DNA of 64,000 nucleotides from an uncultured bacterium (GCA_963713925.1 OY970212.1:320001-384000), one strand, 5' to 3'. Positions 8,953-19,038 are shown, numbered from the stretch's first letter. Notes: a model not told the origin generated them from the sequence alone. Made by a program: numbers and translations.

Positions 8953-11448
8953 TCAGTCGACGCTAACGGTCATGTGCCATCCATCAGCGCGCTCTTCAAG
9001 CATATCGATAGCTTCAGCATCCGCTTGATATACAATTGAAATAGCTTGTGAAACGCCCTTAATGGTTTGTTCGCACATGCGTATCTGCTCAATCAATTTT
9101 GGATTGAGTGAACCGATGGTGAGTGTTTGAAGCCCTGTTTTGAGCGACAGTTGCCGCTCCGTTTTTAACTTTCTGATTTGTTGAACAAGCGCAATAATCT
9201 TACTGCCATATTCATGCGCGTGCATAAAGTTTTCGCGTGATTGTAGTGCGCTAAACTTTGTTTGATGCAATGAAGGAACGCCGATCTCTTTTTTGTAAAT
9301 CAATTGATAGAGCGTTTCGGTTACATGCGGGATATAAGGTGCATACATTTGCAAGATGCGCAATGCAACATGATACAAAGTTGCTTTGGTTGCTTTGACA
9401 ATCTCAGGAGAATAAAGCTCTGGTTTAAACAATTGATCTTTGATCAGCTCAAGGTAGTTGTCGCAAAAATTGTGCCAGAAACAGTGTTCAACGCGATCAA
9501 GCGCGAGACCAAATTCATGTTGCTCAAAATACTTGCGATATTGCTGATAGCATTCGCTTGTTTGATGAATGATCCATTCATTGAGCAAGCCAAGCTGAAG
9601 CCGTTCATCAGTTGGCTTGTATGAGCTGAGATGTTCTTCAACAAAGCGGAATGCATTCCACAATTTGGTCACAAGCCGTTGGCCGATTTTCAATTGTGTG
9701 TCAGAAAAAGCAATATCAGTGCCCAAGGATCCGGTTGCTGTCCAATAGCGGATAACGTCAGCGCTGTAAGTGTTGAGTAAATTTTCTGGTTCAAGCGGAT
9801 TGTTGCCTTGCGATTTTGAGATTTTTTCCTTATTGCCGGCAAGTACGTGCCCGGAAATAACAATATCTTTCCATGGAATAATGCCATCGTGCATCCATGA
9901 TTTTACAATCGTGTAGAATGCCCATGTTCTGATAATGTCGTGCGCTTGCGGACGCATTGCCATCGGCAAGAATTCTTCAATCCCGGTTTCAAATGGATTT
10001 GTATTTTTATCATGCAAGGATGCGCAAATATAAGGAGTTATTGATGATGTATTCCAGGTATCCATCACATCAGTATCAGGACGTAGATCTGTGCTTCCGC
10101 AACCACATGACGGGGCCCCCGTGCCTTTAGCATGGGGTATATTTCCTGGAAAGCTTTGTTCTTGTGGATCAACTGGCAATGACTCTAGTGGAGCAATGAG
10201 CGGTTTGTCACACTTGTTGCAGTACCACACCGGAAATGGAATGCCAAAAAAGCGTTGGCGGGATAAGCACCAATCCCAAGAAATATTTTCAACCCAGTTT
10301 TGATATCTACTTTTCATGTAGGCTGGATACCAATTGATTTGATCGGCAAGCTCGATAAACGTCTTTTTATAATCCATAATATTCAAGAACCATTGAGACA
10401 TATTCATGTACTCAATTTCTTTCTTACAACGTTCATGGATATTGACTGAATGTATAATTGGCTTTTGCTCAATCAAAAGATTCTGTTCTTTGAGTTTGGC
10501 AATAATTGCTTCTCGAGCTGGATGAACCTTTAACCCACCAATGAAAGGTATATCAGCCTTGAATTTGCCATCAAAACCAATCGATTGCTTATATTCAAGT
10601 TTATGTTTTTTATACCATTCAATGTCAGTCTTGTCGCCGAAGGTACAACACATAACAAGGCCCGTGCCTTTGGTCGGTTCAACTTTTTCATCAGCAATAA
10701 CAGGTACCGTGAAATTAAATAATGGCACTTTTGCCCGCGTGCCGGCCAGATGCGTGTATCGTTTATCGTCAGGATGATAGAAGAGCGCAACGCACGAAGG
10801 AAGCAACTCTGGGCGCGTGGTGCCAATTAATAGATCATTACCATTTTCATCTGAGAATACGATAGTATTAAAAAATGAGGCAACCTGTGCGTCTTCGAGC
10901 TCGGCTTGGGCCACTGAGGTGCGGTCGGTGGTGCAGTAGAGGGCAGGCTCAAGTTTTTTATAGACCAATCCTTTATTGACGAGGCGAATAAACGATTCTT
11001 GAGATAGTTTGCGAACGTTGGGAGCTATAGTCGAATAGGAAAGATCCCAGTCAACAGAGAGTCCCATTTTTCGCCAAAGCTGAATAAACTGCTCTTCGGC
11101 AGCATGGCTTTCTTCCAAACATATTTTGATAAATTCTGATCGAGGAAGCTGATGGGCAACAATCTCACGTTTTTTTTCAACAAAGCGCTCAGTTGCAAGG
11201 CCGTTATCATCAAACCCAAAGGGGTAAAAGACAGACTTGCCATCCATCCGCGCAAATCGGGCACTGATATCCGTTTGGGTGTATGAAAAAATATGGCCGA
11301 TATGGAGCTTGCCGGAAACGGTCGGCGGAGGTGTGTCTATTGAATATAAAGGTCCGGGATTGTGTTTGGCCTTATAAGTTTCCTGCTCTGTCCACAGCTC
11401 GTGTGCCTTTTTTTCGTGTAATTTTGAATCGTACTGTTTTTCCATCAT
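8953..11448 (-). CDS. valS: Valine--tRNA ligase (archaeal/Rickettsia-type, no long C-terminal coiled coil)
   Basis: DTPPPTVSGKLHIGH, DWCLSRQRFFG, RPQAHDIIRTWAFYT, KISKSQGN. Confidence 0.97.
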   Translation of the reverse strand: MMEKQYDSKLHEKKAHELWTEQETYKAKHNPGPLYSIDTPPPTVSGKLHIGHIFSYTQTDISARFARMDGKSVFYPFGFDDNGLATERFVEKKREIVAHQLPRSEFIKICLEESHAAEEQFIQLWRKMGLSVDWDLSYSTIAPNVRKLSQESFIRLVNKGLVYKKLEPALYCTTDRTSVAQAELEDAQVASFFNTIVFSDENGNDLLIGTTRPELLPSCVALFYHPDDKRYTHLAGTRAKVPLFNFTVPVIADEKVEPTKGTGLVMCCTFGDKTDIEWYKKHKLEYKQSIGFDGKFKADIPFIGGLKVHPAREAIIAKLKEQNLLIEQKPIIHSVNIHERCKKEIEYMNMSQWFLNIMDYKKTFIELADQINWYPAYMKSRYQNWVENISWDWCLSRQRFFGIPFPVWYCNKCDKPLIAPLESLPVDPQEQSFPGNIPHAKGTGAPSCGCGSTDLRPDTDVMDTWNTSSITPYICASLHDKNTNPFETGIEEFLPMAMRPQAHDIIRTWAFYTIVKSWMHDGIIPWKDIVISGHVLAGNKEKISKSQGNNPLEPENLLNTYSADVIRYWTATGSLGTDIAFSDTQLKIGQRLVTKLWNAFRFVEEHLSSYKPTDERLQLGLLNEWIIHQTSECYQQYRKYFEQHEFGLALDRVEHCFWHNFCDNYLELIKDQLFKPELYSPEIVKATKATLYHVALRILQMYAPYIPHVTETLYQLIYKKEIGVPSLHQTKFSALQSRENFMHAHEYGSKIIALVQQIRKLKTERQLSLKTGLQTLTIGSLNPKLIEQIRMCEQTIKGVSQAISIVYQADAEAIDMLEERADGWHMTVSVD
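10112..10140 (+). repeat. Mini-hairpin repeat embedded in frame in valS
   Basis: ggggcccccgtgcctttagcatggggtat, nearly identical to the intergenic copy at ~43460-43487. Confidence 0.8.
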
Positions 11449-11511
11449 AGTCTTGCACCTGAAAAGATTTTTTTTCTAGTATACAGGAGCTGTATAGTTT
11501 GACTATGAGAA

Positions 11512-11868
11512 ATGAAAAACCTTTGTAGAGGTGGGGCTATGGATCTATCGTTCTTGAAAAATAAAGATTTCTATTTCTGGTCGCTTGTATATTTTTCGCC
11601 ACTATTCGTTTTTTTAGCGCATGTATATCATTTTTTCACCTTTTCTCCATTGCTTCTCGCGGCAGCTTGGTTTCTTACGCTGTTCTCGCTTTCTAGGCAA
11701 GATGAGAGTGGACCAATTTTTGGACTTGCCACTCTATCATTTGGTTTGACTCGAATACTGCAAAGTATTCCGTTTGGAAGAGCAATAGAGATATTGATTC
11801 TTGTGGCAGTGCTTCCGGTTATTGGCGTGATACTTGCTTTGCGTAGGTCGGAAAAAAAGACATTGTAG
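11512..11868 (+). CDS. Small integral membrane protein
   Basis: About 4 hydrophobic segments; likely start at ATG ~11539. Confidence 0.65.
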   Translation: MKNLCRGGAMDLSFLKNKDFYFWSLVYFSPLFVFLAHVYHFFTFSPLLLAAAWFLTLFSLSRQDESGPIFGLATLSFGLTRILQSIPFGRAIEILILVAVLPVIGVILALRRSEKKTL

Positions 11869-11883
11869 AAGCGAGTTGATTCT

Positions 11884-12264
11884 CTATAAGTTCCTTTTGA
11901 TTTGCACTTGCAGATTTGAGTAAGTTTTACCGGCTTCTAATTGCAAAAGCCTCTTGATTGAAACTACGTCAGTTTTTGCATTTGCATCTTTGCATTGCAC
12001 AATGGCATACGTGCCCATCGTATCTTCATCATGTTCTCCAACGGTAAACAGTTCCAAGCAAAAGCTTCCGCATTCTTGCGCTTCAAAGCGGGCTAAAGTT
12101 TGAGATTTAATGGTTACGTCGCGCGCTGGCAGCATCTGGGACGCTGCTAAAATACGGCATGAATTCGGTGTATCATTCATAAAAAAAATCTTCGCTTTAT
12201 CGGTGTCCGAGGCGAGAATGCCTTGCATACAAAGCAATGTGGCAATCATTATGCTTTTTTTCAT
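11884..12264 (-). CDS. Secreted hypothetical protein
   Basis: Signal peptide MKKSIMIATLLCMQGILA; RBS AAGGA. Confidence 0.75.
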   Translation of the reverse strand: MKKSIMIATLLCMQGILASDTDKAKIFFMNDTPNSCRILAASQMLPARDVTIKSQTLARFEAQECGSFCLELFTVGEHDEDTMGTYAIVQCKDANAKTDVVSIKRLLQLEAGKTYSNLQVQIKRNL

Positions 12265-12283
12265 AGAATTCCTTTTTATTTGT

Positions 12284-12348
12284 GGGGGTCCCCATCGCCT
12301 GTCACGCCATAACTCGGAGAGTGGCGGCGGAAGCCTCGAGATGGGGCG
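12284..12348 (+). repeat. Long variant of the mini-hairpin repeat
   Basis: ggggtccccatc-gcctgtcacgccataac...ggcggcggaagc-ctcgagatggggcg; core shared with 42455-42536 (-). Confidence 0.75.
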
Positions 12349-12350
12349 AT

Positions 12351-12575
12351 TTATATCACATGCAAGATATAATGCTGAACCACGAACAATGTGAGCGATC
12401 CAATTATGATAGCCGTCATGTACCCAAATAGTCCTTTTTTAGGAAATATGTGATTATCTAATATCTCTTCGATGCCCCAGCTCACGCAGATGAGACTGAG
12501 CGCGATTACGACTGCAACGAGCGCTTGATGATGATCAGCAAAGGTGCTTATTTTGGTAAACAGTTTTTCAAACAT
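12351..12575 (-). CDS. Small two-TM membrane protein
   Basis: Two hydrophobic helices; RBS GGAG. Confidence 0.7.
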   Translation of the reverse strand: MFEKLFTKISTFADHHQALVAVVIALSLICVSWGIEEILDNHIFPKKGLFGYMTAIIIGSLTLFVVQHYILHVI

Positions 12576-12783
12576 AGATAATTCTCCCTCTTTTTTTTAT
12601 ACCCCATAATCAGTGTGGGGAACCCCCAGTTAAATACCCCGTATTGCTCCCCTTTTGTATGAAGGTTACAACAGAGAGCATGTTAATTTAAAGTGTCCGA
12701 AAAAAGAGGCTTTTGACTATGGCGATATTTTCAGGTAGAATATATAATATTGATCGATTAATGAGATCTTTTTGGAGGTTTTT

Positions 12784-13362
12784 ATGAAACTATTGTATGG
12801 AATACTCATTTCTTTCGGGTTCTTTCAAATGTATGGCGCTGATAAAGGCACATCAATAAATGAATTGGTTATGTATCTGGAAAAGCTTGAAAAAAGAAAC
12901 GATATGGATGGCAATGAAAAAGTTCAACATGCGCTCGAGTTCTTCGGTGGCAACAAAGGCTCAAAGACCTTGTCTGACTTAGCCTATAAGGTAGCATCAT
13001 TGCAAAAAGATGAATATACGGGTAGGAAAAACCCGCTTATTGCCAATTTATTAGAACAAGATAGCCCATCAAGTGTGAATCAAGTGAAAAACCCTAAAAA
13101 ATCAACCGCTTCTGACAATAAAGAAAATCCGCCTTTAGACTTAAAAAGCATTAAAAAAATACTTGATATCAAATTAGGTAATAATGCGAGTCAAGATTTT
13201 GAAAGATATTTATACAATGGAAATCATTATATAGTCATGCCGGTTCAGGAAGCTATTCAAAAGACTGTAAAGCAACATAAAATGCCAATCACCGATTCCG
13301 AAGTTAAACGAGATGTTAGTCAAATGTTTGGTTTGAATTTCGAAGGGCTTTCCTTGAATTGA
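12784..13362 (+). CDS. Secreted hypothetical protein (tandem paralog 1)
   Basis: GGAGG then ATG 12784; MKLLYGILISFGFFQMYGADKG. Confidence 0.8.
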   Translation: MKLLYGILISFGFFQMYGADKGTSINELVMYLEKLEKRNDMDGNEKVQHALEFFGGNKGSKTLSDLAYKVASLQKDEYTGRKNPLIANLLEQDSPSSVNQVKNPKKSTASDNKENPPLDLKSIKKILDIKLGNNASQDFERYLYNGNHYIVMPVQEAIQKTVKQHKMPITDSEVKRDVSQMFGLNFEGLSLN

Positions 13363-13478
13363 TTACGCAATTATGATTCCACTCATCTTGCAGAACGGGC
13401 AGTGGACCAACTTTTGCAAAAGCAATATGTATAGAAAATATAATATTAAATAATTCCTTAGATATTTTGGGGGTTTTT

Positions 13479-14087
13479 ATGAAACCATTATACGCAATAC
13501 TCATTTCTTTCGGATTCTTTCAAATGCATGCTGCTGACAAAGGCTCATCTGTAGGCAGATCAGTTACTTATCCAGAATCTCTTGGACAAGACAAAACTAT
13601 TAGTCCTGAAATACGAGAGTCGCTCAACTTATTGTTCAGTTTGAGAAAAAGCTCGGAATCTTTGTCCGATTTAGTTGATAAAGTAGCTCAACAAATCCCA
13701 GCATTGCTAAAATTAGAAAAGGATGCAGATACAAATTCTATTGCAAATTTGAATGCCATTAAGCCAGTGGAAACATTTACCACATCAATCAAGCCTTATA
13801 TTGGAAGAGAAAAACCAAGAAAGGTTGTAAGTCAGAATCTTGATATCCTCTTAAACAACAAAAGTGCTGGAAAAACTTTTCAAGATTATTTATACGATAA
13901 GACGAAACCACGTATTGGCTTTAGAGAAGCTATCCGATTTACTATAGAAGATTATAAAGATGGCATTGACGAGCCGGAAATTATCTATTTACTTAACCAA
14001 TCCATTTCCCGTAATCTAAGTAAAGAAGGTTTTGAAGTAGGGTCATTTAAGTATAATCCCAATCGCACTGATTTGACGAAAAAATGA
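13479..14087 (+). CDS. Secreted hypothetical protein (tandem paralog 2)
   Basis: MKPLYAILISFGFFQMHAADKG; shares LSDLxxKVA, LDIxL and FxxYLY with paralog 1. Confidence 0.8.
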   Translation: MKPLYAILISFGFFQMHAADKGSSVGRSVTYPESLGQDKTISPEIRESLNLLFSLRKSSESLSDLVDKVAQQIPALLKLEKDADTNSIANLNAIKPVETFTTSIKPYIGREKPRKVVSQNLDILLNNKSAGKTFQDYLYDKTKPRIGFREAIRFTIEDYKDGIDEPEIIYLLNQSISRNLSKEGFEVGSFKYNPNRTDLTKK

Positions 14088-14783
14088 TCGCCCGGATCTT
14101 CGTGACGAGCAGTATTTGTTGTTATGCAATGTGCATGCGGCGCTTTCTGTATCGATGAAAGATTGGCGGATGCCGAGATCAAGCAACTGGTGTTCGACAC
14201 ATCCGAGTAGATCAAAAAAGAATTGATCGTTTCGCTTTATTATATTCCCGACGTACATGTCGGGAATTGTTTTTATAAACTCAGGACTCACTTCGTAACA
14301 ACAGATTCGCGCACAGGGTCCAATCCACATGCGCATGTCTTTATATTTGGAACCAAATGATTCGTGCATATGTCGACATGCGTTTGCTACGACGTTATTA
14401 ACCGCCCCTTTCCAACCGGCATGCACGGCGGCGATGGCCGATTGTATCGGATCATGGATGAGCACCGGCACGCAATCCGCAGTCAACACTCCAATTGCTA
14501 TGCTCTTGCATTGGGTAATTAAGTAATCGCCCGTAACCGAAAAAGATTGAAAAAGATTACGATCTTTTTCTTCAATAATGGCCCCATGGTTCGCGTGAAT
14601 TTGATGCAGAAAAAAAAGATCGCTCACACCGAGTTTCGATGCGAGCGATTGGATTTGATTTCTTGACTGTAGAGCCTGATCATACGATTCGACTAAAGCT
14701 TTGCCATCAACGGGCGTTGATGCATCGCCAAAGAAAAATCGAATATGTCCAAACCCATGGATCATACGAAACTCATCGTGCAT
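14043..14783 (-). CDS. pgeF: PgeF/YfiH family protein (peptidoglycan editing factor, purine nucleoside enzyme)
   Basis: HQIH, LTADCVPV, AVHAGWKG, IGPCARICCYEV. Confidence 0.9.
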   Translation of the reverse strand: MHDEFRMIHGFGHIRFFFGDASTPVDGKALVESYDQALQSRNQIQSLASKLGVSDLFFLHQIHANHGAIIEEKDRNLFQSFSVTGDYLITQCKSIAIGVLTADCVPVLIHDPIQSAIAAVHAGWKGAVNNVVANACRHMHESFGSKYKDMRMWIGPCARICCYEVSPEFIKTIPDMYVGNIIKRNDQFFFDLLGCVEHQLLDLGIRQSFIDTESAACTLHNNKYCSSRRSGRSFFRQISAIGIILK

Positions 14784-15231
14784 GCATACGAATGATGCCG
14801 ATAAGCTGAGTAAGATGAATCTTAAGTTCTTTGAGCTGTTTGACGAGAGGGTCAGTTTTTTCTGTGAGGTAATTGCAGGCAGTCACCTCACAGGACCAAG
14901 GCGCATTTTTTGCGTTGTATAAATTGCTATGTAAAAAATTTAATAATAAATCTAATTGTTCATTGTCACGTTCCAATTGTAGAGATAACTCGTTCAAATT
15001 GCCGAAATAATAAGGCAGTTGCGCGCGCAAATTCGGATTCATGTAGGGGGGGTGATCGAGCTTTGCCATAACCGCTGAAATTAATGCAAGCTTTTCACCG
15101 CATTCAATCAAGAAAGATTCTCCAAGCCCAACAACCCCTGCCGGATTTTTCCCGTAAAGATCGCTGTATGAATAATATTTTGCATCAATTGAAGGAAGCG
15201 CCATAAGCGCGAGAAGCATAAATCTTTTCAT
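14773..15231 (-). CDS. Secreted hypothetical protein
   Basis: Signal peptide MKRFMLLALMALPSIDA. Confidence 0.75.
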   Translation of the reverse strand: MKRFMLLALMALPSIDAKYYSYSDLYGKNPAGVVGLGESFLIECGEKLALISAVMAKLDHPPYMNPNLRAQLPYYFGNLNELSLQLERDNEQLDLLLNFLHSNLYNAKNAPWSCEVTACNYLTEKTDPLVKQLKELKIHLTQLIGIIRMHAR

Positions 15232-15252
15232 AGTTGTTACTTTCGATGTCTA

Positions 15253-16329
15253 TTAGTTGCGAAAATGGATTGTGATGTTTGGATTTGCATCATGAAGTTG
15301 TGCAAGCAATCTTTCATATTGCAAACGAAGCTCACGTTCTTTAAGCTCGTTTTGCTCTTGGAGATAGTAATTTTGTTGTCTGATTGCTTCCAATTTTGCT
15401 TGCTCTATGCGTTTGATTTCTCGTTCAAGTTCAAGCTGGCGCTCAAGCAATTCTTGATGTGCTTTGAAATATTTTTCTTGCGCGAACAAATCAGAAGTTT
15501 GCACCTGCGCGATAAGAGCCGCAAAATAGATATTCAAACGTTCATAGACTGGATAAATGTTGCCATACGCAGGAATCCATTCGCGTCTGATGTCGGCACC
15601 GGCGCTTTTAATTTGTGCATGAATTGATTTCATATCATCAAGATATGCATGCCAAATATATTTATAGTTGCGTGCGAGCAACGGGCTGATTTTGATAAGT
15701 TCCATGGAGATCGGGCTATTGTTGTAGGCGATTGAATATTCGTATTGGAATTTGTTGTATGTCTTATCAAGCACGCGGCCGAGCTCAAAATAGGCGGCAT
15801 GATCTTTTATAAAGCGTTGTGCATATAAAAGTGCCGGTTGTGTCATATGAAGTTCGGTCTTGAGTGCGTCCATTTGACCAATTTTATGGCGTGCTGAAAT
15901 ATCTTGATCTTTGCTCAATTTAGCAATTCGACTTGAAAGTTCGTGCTGAGTTTTGTCGAAGGCATCGATGACAGCATTAATGTGCTTCGAGATATTCGAA
16001 ATATCGGCTCCGCCAGCGGCATCAATGCTTCGTTGGAGGTTATATGCGACGGAAGCATAATCGGTATATGAGTGTGATGATAGATCGGTGATAAGCGATT
16101 TTAAAGTGTATGTATAATCAAGAAGATCATTTTTTACATTCGCGATAAGTTGTTCATCGGTTGGTGTTATAAGCCAGTTAACCAAATATGCTCCACCAAT
16201 CAAACTTGCAAGAGCGGCTGCTCCAACCCCGATAGTGGCCATGATATTATTGTCATCAAATGCTTTTACTTTCGGTTGCACGGATGTTAGTAACAAACCG
16301 GAAAGAACCATCATGTGTAAAGTCTTCAT
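15253..16329 (-). CDS. Secreted, membrane-anchored protein with C-terminal coiled coil
   Basis: Signal peptide; TM ATIGVGAAALASLIGGAYLVNWL; E/Q/R-rich C-terminus. Confidence 0.8.
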   Translation of the reverse strand: MKTLHMMVLSGLLLTSVQPKVKAFDDNNIMATIGVGAAALASLIGGAYLVNWLITPTDEQLIANVKNDLLDYTYTLKSLITDLSSHSYTDYASVAYNLQRSIDAAGGADISNISKHINAVIDAFDKTQHELSSRIAKLSKDQDISARHKIGQMDALKTELHMTQPALLYAQRFIKDHAAYFELGRVLDKTYNKFQYEYSIAYNNSPISMELIKISPLLARNYKYIWHAYLDDMKSIHAQIKSAGADIRREWIPAYGNIYPVYERLNIYFAALIAQVQTSDLFAQEKYFKAHQELLERQLELEREIKRIEQAKLEAIRQQNYYLQEQNELKERELRLQYERLLAQLHDANPNITIHFRN

Positions 16330-16471
16330 AAAAAATTCCTTATGTAATAAGACTCAAAATCATGTATATCATAGTATAATGCTATCTCTTACTACAAAAT
16401 CCATTTTTTATGATGTTACCATAATTTATCGGGGCTCCCAAGCTGACCATAGCGAGCGTGGGGTAGTTTTA

Positions 16472-17860
16472 TTATTCGAAAAAATATCTGCCTTGGTGTT
16501 GCCCAGGATAGAGCAAATCAGAAAACATGCTTGGCAAGCTCCATGATTGTGATCGTTTATAGCGTCTGATGATATCTGCATACAGCCAAGCACTTGGCTT
16601 TATAGTTCTTTCTTTTGTTTCTCGGTCAACGCCCACGAGGCCAAATTGCATCTTCCAGCCAAAATCCCATTCATAGTTATCAAGCAGTGACCAATAATAA
16701 TAGCCTCTGACATCAACCCCATCTTCTTTGGCGTGTAATAATGCATCGGTGTACGTTTGAATCCAGATTTGTCTGCGGTTATCGCCATGGTCGGCTATCC
16801 CGTTCTCGGTCACATAAATTGGCATGCCGGTTTCATGTAGATCCATAAGTGCATCATACAGCCCTTGCGGGTAGATGGCATATGGCATGTCGGTCATAAT
16901 TTCCCCCGGTTTGCAGGCAGGAACGAGCGGCTCGGTCAGGCTGAACTGTGATTTTAATACGGCGCGTGAATAATAGTTAAGCCCGATAAAATCATAACAG
17001 CGTTTGTGAGGAGCTTCATAGCGCTCGGTCAATCCCGGGATTTGAACGCCGACAAAGGTGCCCGTTTTTAAAAAATCTACGACTGAGGTATTTAGCAGAC
17101 GATTAAAAAGGAACCCGGGCATTGCTTCAAGAGGGTTCCATGCTGAATAGGGTTCAAAGACTAAATATTGATGGTTGAAGCCAATCAGGGCATTTTGCCC
17201 GCCGGGCATTGATTTCAGCTTTTGATAGACTTGCACATGGGCTTGCACCATATTTTTAAGCACCGTCCAGGCTTTGAGGATATTCGTTTTCCCCGGGGGG
17301 AAGACACCCCTGACATACCCTTGGAATGCAAAAATGGTTGGCTCATTGATGATCACCCACAAACGGCACAAATCTGAAAATTCAGAGAAGACGAGAGTAC
17401 AAAACTGTTCAAAATAGGCAAGGTTTTGCTCTTTGGCAAAGCCGCCTTTTCTTTCAAACCAGAGCGGGTGTACAAAATGATGAAGGGTAATCATCGGTTC
17501 GATGCCGGCCTGTTTCAAGGCCAAGAGCAGTTGGCGATAGTGCTCAAGCGCTTCATAGTTGATATTTCCCGGTTCAGGCTCGATAATGCACCATTCAATA
17601 GAGAAACGAAGCGATTGGATGCCCAATTTTTTCATAATGGCAATATCTTCAAGATACCGATCCCAAAATTGGCAGGCGTCGCCTGATTTGTCTTTTAATT
17701 TTTTTTCCCAGGAAGACCAGTTACTTTTTGGGCACACAGCACTGCCTGAGACTTGGTATTCAGAAAGCGCGGCACCCCAAAGAAAATCGGGCAAAGCCGA
17801 TGCAGATAGAGCTGCATGAATAAACAGAGCAATACAGAGAAAATGGCGCATATTCATCAA
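16472..17860 (-). CDS. Glycoside hydrolase family 1 (beta-glucosidase) with signal peptide
   Basis: FLWGAA, RFSIEW, TLHHF, INEP (acid/base), VTENG (nucleophile), WSLLDNYEW. Confidence 0.92.
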   Translation of the reverse strand: MMNMRHFLCIALFIHAALSASALPDFLWGAALSEYQVSGSAVCPKSNWSSWEKKLKDKSGDACQFWDRYLEDIAIMKKLGIQSLRFSIEWCIIEPEPGNINYEALEHYRQLLLALKQAGIEPMITLHHFVHPLWFERKGGFAKEQNLAYFEQFCTLVFSEFSDLCRLWVIINEPTIFAFQGYVRGVFPPGKTNILKAWTVLKNMVQAHVQVYQKLKSMPGGQNALIGFNHQYLVFEPYSAWNPLEAMPGFLFNRLLNTSVVDFLKTGTFVGVQIPGLTERYEAPHKRCYDFIGLNYYSRAVLKSQFSLTEPLVPACKPGEIMTDMPYAIYPQGLYDALMDLHETGMPIYVTENGIADHGDNRRQIWIQTYTDALLHAKEDGVDVRGYYYWSLLDNYEWDFGWKMQFGLVGVDRETKERTIKPSAWLYADIIRRYKRSQSWSLPSMFSDLLYPGQHQGRYFFE

Positions 17861-18141
17861 CGTTTCCCAAAAATATATTGATAATCGGGGGCTTTTTGCT
17901 CATGCCTGGATGAAACTCACGTGTATGTGGGATAAAAAATCCCTATGTGATTGTATTTTAACAATAAGTTGTTTCAAATTGAAATGATTTATTGTTAAGA
18001 ATTTCAAGTTTATTTACTTAAAGCATATTTGATGTAGAAAAATATGCAACTGGGGTCAATTTCAGCAGTTAATTTTGCTTGAAGAAATCAATAAAAAAAA
18101 GCATGCTGGGGCTAGTTTTTTGATTACATAAAGGATCAACT

Positions 18142-18459
18142 ATGAAATTACATTTTTTTGCAGTGCTTATTTTTGGGGGAGTTATCCAGGCTGCGGAAAA
18201 TGATGGACCGAAAATCACAATTCCAGATGGGCAAGTGAAGTTGTATAATCGTTGCGATGATAACAGCACGTTTACCATCAGTGGCAGGAAGAAGACTAAA
18301 TTCGTAAGAACAATAGAGACTAATACTGGTTCAGTGATCGTGAAGCTTGAATATCAATGCTATAGCCCATCTCAATATTTGATTCCGGCAACGGTCGGTG
18401 CGACTGTCGGATCGGCAATAACGCTTGCGGTAACGCAAAAAAATTGCGCCATTTTGTAA
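18142..18459 (+). CDS. Secreted protein with C-terminal hydrophobic helix and CaaX box (CAIL)
   Basis: Signal peptide ...GGVIQA; ends AVTQKNCAIL*. Confidence 0.75.
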   Translation: MKLHFFAVLIFGGVIQAAENDGPKITIPDGQVKLYNRCDDNSTFTISGRKKTKFVRTIETNTGSVIVKLEYQCYSPSQYLIPATVGATVGSAITLAVTQKNCAIL

Positions 18460-18484
18460 CAATAATTACTTGAAAGGAATTACT

Positions 18485-18946
18485 ATGAAAATATATATGC
18501 TTTTTACCGCCATCGTCTTCGGTGGAATAGTTCAAACAATGATTGGTGCAGATGCTCCTGCCGAAAAAGCTCAGAAATCGAGAAAAGAATCGGAAATTAC
18601 ATTTCATGCGCAAGCCGAGCAAAATGCGTGGAGTTTCACGAAAATGCAGTGGGAGAGTATTCTTAAGGTTTATGCTGTAGACAACGATGAATTTCCTCTC
18701 CATATTTTTACGGAGAAAGAGAAGCAAATGCTTGTGGTATACACGAAAAAGGGAGATGGACGTGTCATCCGTCGAGACATAAATTGCCTTGATCGCATTG
18801 CGAAAAAAACATATGTGCAATTGCCACAAATTCCATATGTTGAAGACCTCAGCCAAACACAATTGCTCTTAGGTGTGGCTGCTGTTAGCGCAACTGCCGG
18901 TTCGGTCGCAACTCTCGCTCTAACTAAAAAATGCACTATTTTATAG
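18485..18946 (+). CDS. Secreted protein with C-terminal hydrophobic helix and CaaX box (CTIL)
   Basis: AAGGA then ATG 18485; ends ALTKKCTIL*. Confidence 0.75.
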   Translation: MKIYMLFTAIVFGGIVQTMIGADAPAEKAQKSRKESEITFHAQAEQNAWSFTKMQWESILKVYAVDNDEFPLHIFTEKEKQMLVVYTKKGDGRVIRRDINCLDRIAKKTYVQLPQIPYVEDLSQTQLLLGVAAVSATAGSVATLALTKKCTIL

Positions 18947-19038
18947 GTAAAATGTAGGCAACCGCGTTTTTGGTTGTTAGTCAATCTGTAATTTTTGTAA
19001 TATACTGTCAGTATACTCTTTACCTTTATAGGGACTTA

